Assembly (NCBI GenBank): GCA_028534125.1 | Contig: CM052817.1 | Coordinates: forward strand, 71,364,001 to 71,428,000 | Source of the DNA: Lama glama | Taxonomy: Eukaryota | Direction of reading: 5' to 3' | Length of the DNA: 64,000 bases | Shown here: positions 57,261-64,000 of the stretch, piece by piece | Position numbering within the stretch: the first letter of the stretch is position 1 | Layout of the letters: each line of letters opens with the position of its first letter | Notes under the pieces: generated by a model | The model's database searches: none | What the model was told of the DNA's origin: nothing | Seen by the model: only the letters and a program-made list of their open reading frames with translations | Program-made: the position numbers and the translations under genes

Positions 57261-60200
57261 TCAGACCGCCACTGGAGCTGCTTGCCCTGATAAAGTCACC
57301 ACAGGTCATAGGACATACATCCAAGATGTGAAGTGAAAGATCCCTGGGTCCGAGGATTGGGCGGGAATATCAGGAGTTGGGACAATTCTCTCAATCCCTT
57401 GCCCCAGGGCCTCTTGTCACTGCTTCTCTTGGCAGATCTGCTCTGCTCTCTTCTGACAACATGCCCTCTTCCAGTCCTTTATGTTTCCGTATAACTTTGG
57501 CTTGCCTATGCTCCAGCATGCCATGAAACCAACCTAGCCCAAATTCTACAAACCTTTTATTGAAGTTTCCCCTCCCGAGCATCCAGCTCTGTATCTCTCA
57601 AACTTTCGTGTATGTCCACAAAATCACATAGAGATGTCAAAAATGCAAAGGATGATTCAGTTAAGTCTAAGGGAAGGAGTGTATATTTTAGACAAATTCT
57701 CAGCTGACGTGGATGCTGCTAGGCCACAGATCACACTTTGAGCAGCAAATAAATCAGGATGCAGCTGATCCAGTTTCCCAATTCCCAACCCCTGGTGGAA
57801 GGAATCTGATTATCTTGGTTTAATTTTGGTTTGTTCACCCCGGTCACCCTGCTCCAATTAGCCACTGACAGGAGAACTATATGGATAAAATACTAACACG
57901 GCCACCTTGGTCAGCCCTTTCAGCAGGACCAATGGGTAGACTGAGTAGTTAAAAAATGCTAAAATGCATCTAGGCAGGCGTCAATTAATACCCCAGATAA
58001 TTTTTATACAAATGGTTCACTAAGCTAAGTTTTGATTTTGTCCTTGTACAACTTTTCCAATGGGAAAGACTGTCATTTTCCACCATAACTGGCATGGTTC
58101 TGATTTTCTTTAAATCCTGTCCGCACAGTTAAGATAAATTTGTTTCTGATGTTTGAGGTTTATGCCTGTCAAAATATTCCAGAAAAGAAACGAAATTATG
58201 AATTACCTTCTTAAAATAGGTTTTCATACTTTAGATTCTATTCTTCTGTCATTATAGTGAGGTTTTTGAAGAAAAGAGTTTCTCTCAGGCAGATATCCTA
58301 AAGGAACCCTTTATATTGCATTCTTCATCTTTGTTCCAGGCCCTGAACTCAGTGCAGTTATAACAGTCAAATGTCCCTTTTAAATATCTTCTCCAGGTGG
58401 GCCCCTATGGCCCTTCCAGGGATCTGTGAGTGCAGTTCCCAAACTGTGTGAATGATGTCTAGAGGGAAACATTGTAGTTCAAAACCAGGACCTGTACCCT
58501 CCACCCCCTGCTCACATGACATGCAGGACGCTGACTTCCCCACTACATTAAGGCTACTGGGAACAATGCCAGCATTCTACTTTCACTCCTGAATGATGCT
58601 TACTCCTTCCTGGTGATCCTGCAGTGCTTCCCCATTCCGATTGGCTCCAATGTTTCTTTAGTTTCAAGTACATAGGTAGTTTTTGGAGATAGAAGTCCTT
58701 GAGTGAGTGTGCAGTGGAGAGGGGATGATGGGGATGAATGAGTCAGGATAATGAGAAGGTTCTCTGGCATGAGACTAGAGAGGGTAAGGAAGTGATTCTA
58801 GCTCAGGGAGCCTAGGAAGGAACCCTAAAGCAGTTCATTTCAAGCCTGGATTGTCAAAGTTGGTCCTATTGTTCAATTACTTTTTAAAAACTAGTCCTAG
58901 AAAACCATGTGATCTGTTCGAGGTTTGCAAGAGGTCTTCCATTATTCAGAGAATTGATACGTTAATTTAATCAGAATCTTGGCTTCCTTTCCATCTCTTC
59001 ATTTTGTCAATTAAGAGGCATAGCCTCAGTAGATGGATTCATTTTGTATGCAAAGAAAATCAAAGTGCTCTGAGAGATATGTTGGGCCAAAAACACACTC
59101 ACCTGGGACCATAGTAGAGAACAATTTCAAGCCCATGAAAAATATATGTCTTTGTGTGAGGCTGTTGGCATCTGTATCACTGCATTATGCGTAATCTCTA
59201 CCATGTTCATGGTGCATCTGTTCATCACACTGTTTAAACAAGTTTTCCATTTTTGCCAAATGGTAGGTATCAAGACTGAATCCATAGTTTCCTCACTCTG
59301 GTTCTCTTGGCAGGAGCTTCTCTTGTCCTTTTTCTTAGCTATCTGTAGTCTATCTTTGGTTATAGTCATAGAAGTTTGACCTCTTCCCTTAGGAGGCAGT
59401 ATTGAAGGCTTATAGTCTTAATATTTGCTCAATAATTTTTTTTGCATCACTGTCATTTTTTAAAAATTTCAAATAAACTTGTTACCATTACTTAGTCTAA
59501 ATGTAGACCCCATCTAGGTAGTTAATAAGTATAACTTTCATGTAGATATTTTAATAAGAAAAAACATAGATCTGAATTCCTACCTTCTGTTTGCTTATAC
59601 ACATATACACAGATATGAAGCAAATAGCAATGTGGGTTTCTTTTTTCCTAAAAGCAATTAATTTATTATTAATTTTAATGCTAGATTATACAAAATGGAA
59701 GCTTGCATTTGAATGACAATTCCAAAACTGAGTCTTTATAATTGCCTAATTAGAGTAATTTCTGCATTTTACAGGCATTGAATTTTTGGATACAAAAAGC
59801 AAGTAGAAAGCCCATGTGCCATTTTTTTTTTCCTCCACAAATTTAATCTATGCTAGTAGCTATTTAAACTCTTTCAGACTGCTGAATAGGTGTCTTTAGT
59901 GCTTTTCTTTTCTTGATCAAGATAGTAATTGTCATGTCTTAAAGCCTCATCATTTTGTTTATTCTGCCTATGTTCCAAATCTCCTGTTCTAACTTGTTTG
60001 GTATTGCTTGCTCTGCTGTTCCAGCTTTCTCAGTTTCTTTTGAGTAAGGACAATCATTTAAACCTTGTGAATGACAGTCACTAATTTGTCACACAAAAAT
60101 ATTTTAGTCCAAATCACTATTGATATAGGTTGTTACTGGATTCAAATATTTGATAACTGCATATTACAGCTTAAAGTTCCCTGCTGAGTTTTAACAGTAA

Positions 60201-60699
60201 CTCAGGCAAACACTTCTGAAACTTACCAAGTTCCATTATGGTCAGCTTTGATTTTTTTCCATCATGTTCTTAAATTAGAGACATATTTGAGCAACGACCA
60301 AAACTTCCAAAAGCCAAATACCTCTCTTTTCCTAAACTATGACTTTTCTGACGGAGAATAGAGCTCATTTACAAATTTTAGTCAGTTGTGCCTTTGTTTC
60401 AGAAAAGCTTGGAATTGAAACAAATTGGGGGAAATGTGTAATTTTTGACATGAAAAGTGGAGGGATGGATATGAACCTAAACCATAAATTTTCCCCACAG
60501 CTTTAAAGGCTTAAACAGAGCTGGAAAAATGTTCTTTTGCAAAGCTAGATGTCAAGAAAAGCAAGTTTCTGCTGCAGCAGTGTTGCAGGCTGTGAACAAG
60601 GACTACTAGAGGGAGGAGAAGTCCTTTCAAGTGGCAGCTATGTGGACAGTTTATTTGAATGGTTGGGTGTTTACTTTTCATCCAACATTTAATTATGGA

Positions 60700-61620
60700 A
60701 GTTTTCCCAATGCAGTCAATTGGAAAGACTTTTACAGTGAACACCCGTAAACCTACCCCCTAAATTCTCCATTAACATTTTACTGTACTTTATCACATAT
60801 CTAACCCTCTGTCCAGCCCTTGGTGCAGCCATCAATTCATCTTACCTTCAATGCATTTCATCATCTTATTTTTAATATATTGCAGATACCAGCATATTTC
60901 CCTTAAAACTCTTCTGTATGCAGGTTATTAATGAAAATTAAATATTTGTTTATAGTTATTTTTCTGTGTAAAATTGACTGAGTTTAACAAAATGAATACA
61001 TACACCTGTGTAACCCAAACTCCTGTAAAAATATTGATCATTACTATTACCCCAGAAAGCTCCCATATGCCTGTTCATCCTTACTTTCTGTCCTCGTCTC
61101 ATCCCCAAGACACCACTGTTCTGATTTTTTTCACCATAGATAAGTTTAATTGTTCTAGAACCTCAATTAATGGAATCACATGGTGTGCACTCTTTTGTGT
61201 AAGACTTCTTTCACTCAGCCTAATTTTTCTTCATTTCTGTTGTTCTGTATACATTGATAGTTTATTCCTTTATGTTGCTGAATAATAGTCATTATGTGAA
61301 TAGATCACAGCTTGTTTATCCATTCTCTTCTTGTCTATTTTCAGTTTTTAGCCATTATGAATAAAGCCTCTATGAATATTCTTATGAAAGTCTTTTTTGT
61401 GTAAAAGATACTTTCATTTCTCTCAGGTAGGATTCTGTCGGGTCATAGGATAGGTGTATTTTTTAGGTTTATAAAAAACATTTTTTTTTCTAAAGTGGTT
61501 GTATGATTTTATATTTCCACCAATAATGCAATGAGTGGTTTGGCTGTCCTGCTGTCAGTCTTTTTAATTTTACCCTTTCTGTTGATATGAGTGGTATCTC
61601 ATTGTAATTTTAATTTGATT
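60700..61620 (-). mobile_element. Old L1 (L1MD/ME-like) 3' fragment; boundaries approximate
   Basis: acacctgtgtaacccaaac...aatggaatcaca...cttctttcactcagc...gccattatgaataaagc...gtggttgtatgattttatatttccacca...gtggtatctcattgt. Confidence 0.75.
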
Positions 61621-62099
61621 TACACAGGTGTTTATTTTTTATGTTTTAAGGAAAGGACAATTATGACATCAAGTCCATGATTGCAGGTATTCCAGGCTGG
61701 AGTCAGGGCCAAATAAAAAGCGAGTCAACTTAAGATCGAGTTAAATACAAATATCAAGTAAATAATAATTGAGGTGGTATATGGATATAGAAAATCTGTG
61801 AAGTGATTCGTGAATAAATTTGAGAAATACTGTTATAGAGGAGGTCCTTTTTTCAGATGTCCTGTATTTCCATGGGGTTTTTTTTTTTTTTTTGGATCAA
61901 GTCAAAAAATCAACATGTAAAAATCTTAAAGAAATCCTAATGACCATTACCCACTACAGAGTCACTGAACTCTGAGATCAGAATTCTGTATGAACTTGGG
62001 GTGAAAAAGATTCCAGGCATCACCCCTGCTTTTGAAACCATGCTTGAAACAGTCTAATTGTATAAAATGGCAACAAAGAAAACTGTATTACAAAGGCAA

Positions 62100-62330
62100 A
62101 ACAGCAAGGTGAATATTAGCACCCCTTGGAGCCAGCCTGCTGAATTTGCCCCTCAGTTCCCCCACTTACTAGCTGTGTAAACTTGGCAAATTATTTACTT
62201 CTCTGCGTTTCAGTTTCCTCATCTATAAAATGTGGGTAAGAACAGCAACAACTTCACATGAGGCTGTCAGGAATGTATGAGCAAAACCATGTAAACAGCA
62301 CACAGTATCATATAAGGGGGAGCTACTGTT
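62100..62330 (+). mobile_element. MIR SINE
   Basis: ccacttactagctgtgtaaacttggcaaattatttacttctctgcgtttcagtttcctcatctataaaatg. Confidence 0.8.
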
Positions 62331-62769
62331 ACTACTGTTGAAGGAGAACCAGTCAGCCTGATAAAGGGGAAGATTCCTGTAGGCCCATGAATTCAAATGA
62401 GGAGTGAGGCAGGTGAGTAAATACCTCCAGAAAGCAGAAGGATCTGTGCCTTCCGGAATGGGCACGGCCTTGTTGTCAGCCTGGGGCTCCTTTCTCCTTC
62501 TTCTGGAAGAGCGACTTGCTCTTCCTTTGGGCAACAGCCTTTCCCAGTTCTCACCGTATGGGAGGCTGAGCCCATTTCTTGGCCATGTGATCCAGGCCTG
62601 GCCAAGCAGCATTTCTATCCCCATTTACAAGGGCCAGTCCAGAGATGGGCCCTTGATCTCCATCAGAATAATAATACAGAATAATAATACTGGGCTTTCT
62701 GCTGGGACTCTGAGAAAGAGTTACTCTTATTTCTTTTTGCTAGAGATGCTAAGCTCATAAGACATAATG

Positions 62770-63091
62770 ATGGTGCAACTGAGTGTCATTGTGCCACTCC
62801 TTGGGGATAGCCTGCCAGAATGGAATCCCACAGAGAAATGCAGCACTTAGGGAGTAAAAGTGAGAGAGGGAGAGGGAGGAAGAGGAAAGGAGAGAGAGAG
62901 AGGAGGAGGGAGAGAAAGCGGAGGTGGGGGTGGTATGGTGGCGGTGGGGTGTGGATCACTGACATCATTTTAGCAACTAGCTCCAGCTATATTGATCTGA
63001 CCTTGCCAGCTATGGACATCAGTATCTTTTTTAACCTGGGCCATCTTGAGTTTAGTTTCTGTTATTTGTAAATGAGAATCCTGATGAATAC
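62770..63091 (+). mobile_element. Possible old MaLR LTR fragment (MLT1J/K-like) with internal GA-rich tract
   Basis: 3' end gccatcttgagtttagtttctgttatttgtaaatgagaatcctgatgaataca is MLT1-like. Confidence 0.45.
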
Positions 63092-64000
63092 ATCTTTTAT
63101 AATCAGGGGCGCATTTTTGCAAGATAATTTCCTTGAGTTAAAGGGGCTTTGCCATGTTTATGTAAATATCTTTCGCTGCTGAAACTTCCGCAGGTGTTTT
63201 GCATAAATTATGAGGAGACACTGGCAGAGCCAGGTTTATGAAATCCCCCAGCAGATAAGGAGACAGGTGTGAAGAGAAATGGTGCCAATCAGTTTACTGT
63301 GGAGCAGCCGTGAGATCCCAGCGTAATCTGGATTCCACGGGCTGCGTGAGAGGGAGTGCAGCGGGATGGGGGTGGGGGAGGGTAGGATTCTTGGGCAAAT
63401 CTCTGCTCTGTAGATTTTACCCTGGCCCTGCCAATTGGATGGGGAGATAAGAGATCTTCTGTTTTACTTTCCTTCACTTTTTCTCAGTCTGCCTCTCTCA
63501 ATAGTTACTAGAGAGATACTAGACCTCCAGTCCTCATCACTTTTTGATAACATTCTGTTAACAATACTCCCTGATCTTCCTGGTGGAAGACTCATAAAAA
63601 CATGATGTAATCGTCTGATTTCAATTGGCCCAGCAGTCTGGAAAAAGGTGCCATTCAGTCATCTCCTGCACTGGCACTAAGCCTAAGATGAGCACATTTA
63701 TATTTAGTGACTTTCTCATCACAGTATTGACAAATATGGCTTCTCATTGCAAAGCTGGATGCTTGCACTTATTCTTGTTAACATCTCATGTGCTTCAAAG
63801 AGTAATTACAGATAATGAGAAGATTTAGGTTCCAAGCATTGTGCATATTGTTGAGTGACGAATGGAGGGTGCTTGAAAGGTGTCACAGAGGTTAATCACC
63901 TAGGGCTGAAACTGCCAGCTGGTGCACAGCTGAAGGAGATGTGGTGTGAGCTCTTGCATGGTCCATGCCTTCGCCACTCCACACAGGCCTCAATTATGGA

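Noticed and set aside
59127..59379. Hydrophobic 77-aa ORF and antisense 80-aa ORF
   Set aside because: No recognisable homology or splice context; length compatible with chance.
48000..64000. 3' end of ELOVL6, the human downstream neighbour on the opposite strand
   Set aside because: No ELOVL6 coding exon recognised; UTR cannot be identified without alignment.

Overview
Mammalian genomic DNA, probably camelid (a tRNA-Ala-type SINE at 2457-2601 resembles the Tylopoda Vic-1 family). The window holds the 3' three-quarters of the pro-epidermal growth factor gene (EGF) on the + strand: 18 coding exons, equivalent to human exons 7-24, from 668 to the stop at 47132. All introns are GT-AG and the exons join in one open frame (2579 nt). 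About 16 kb of repeat-rich intergenic DNA follows. There are two 500-N scaffold gaps and no prokaryotic-type system, CRISPR array or recognisable RNA gene. Two signals stand out. (1) The mature 53-aa EGF ligand is strongly diverged (30/53 identical to human as I recall it, versus about 90% for an upstream EGF-like repeat). It has Phe at the receptor-binding Leu47 position, Y37F, a new N-H-S sequon and loss of net acidic charge. (2) Intron 7 has a nested insertion: an old L1, an RPL30 retrocopy inside it, and inside that a SINE plus a CpG-rich LTR-like element carrying TCTCGCGAGA, YY1, GC-box, ETS and CCAAT motifs, a candidate lineage-specific intragenic promoter. Human comparisons and repeat family names come from memory and were not checked by database search.
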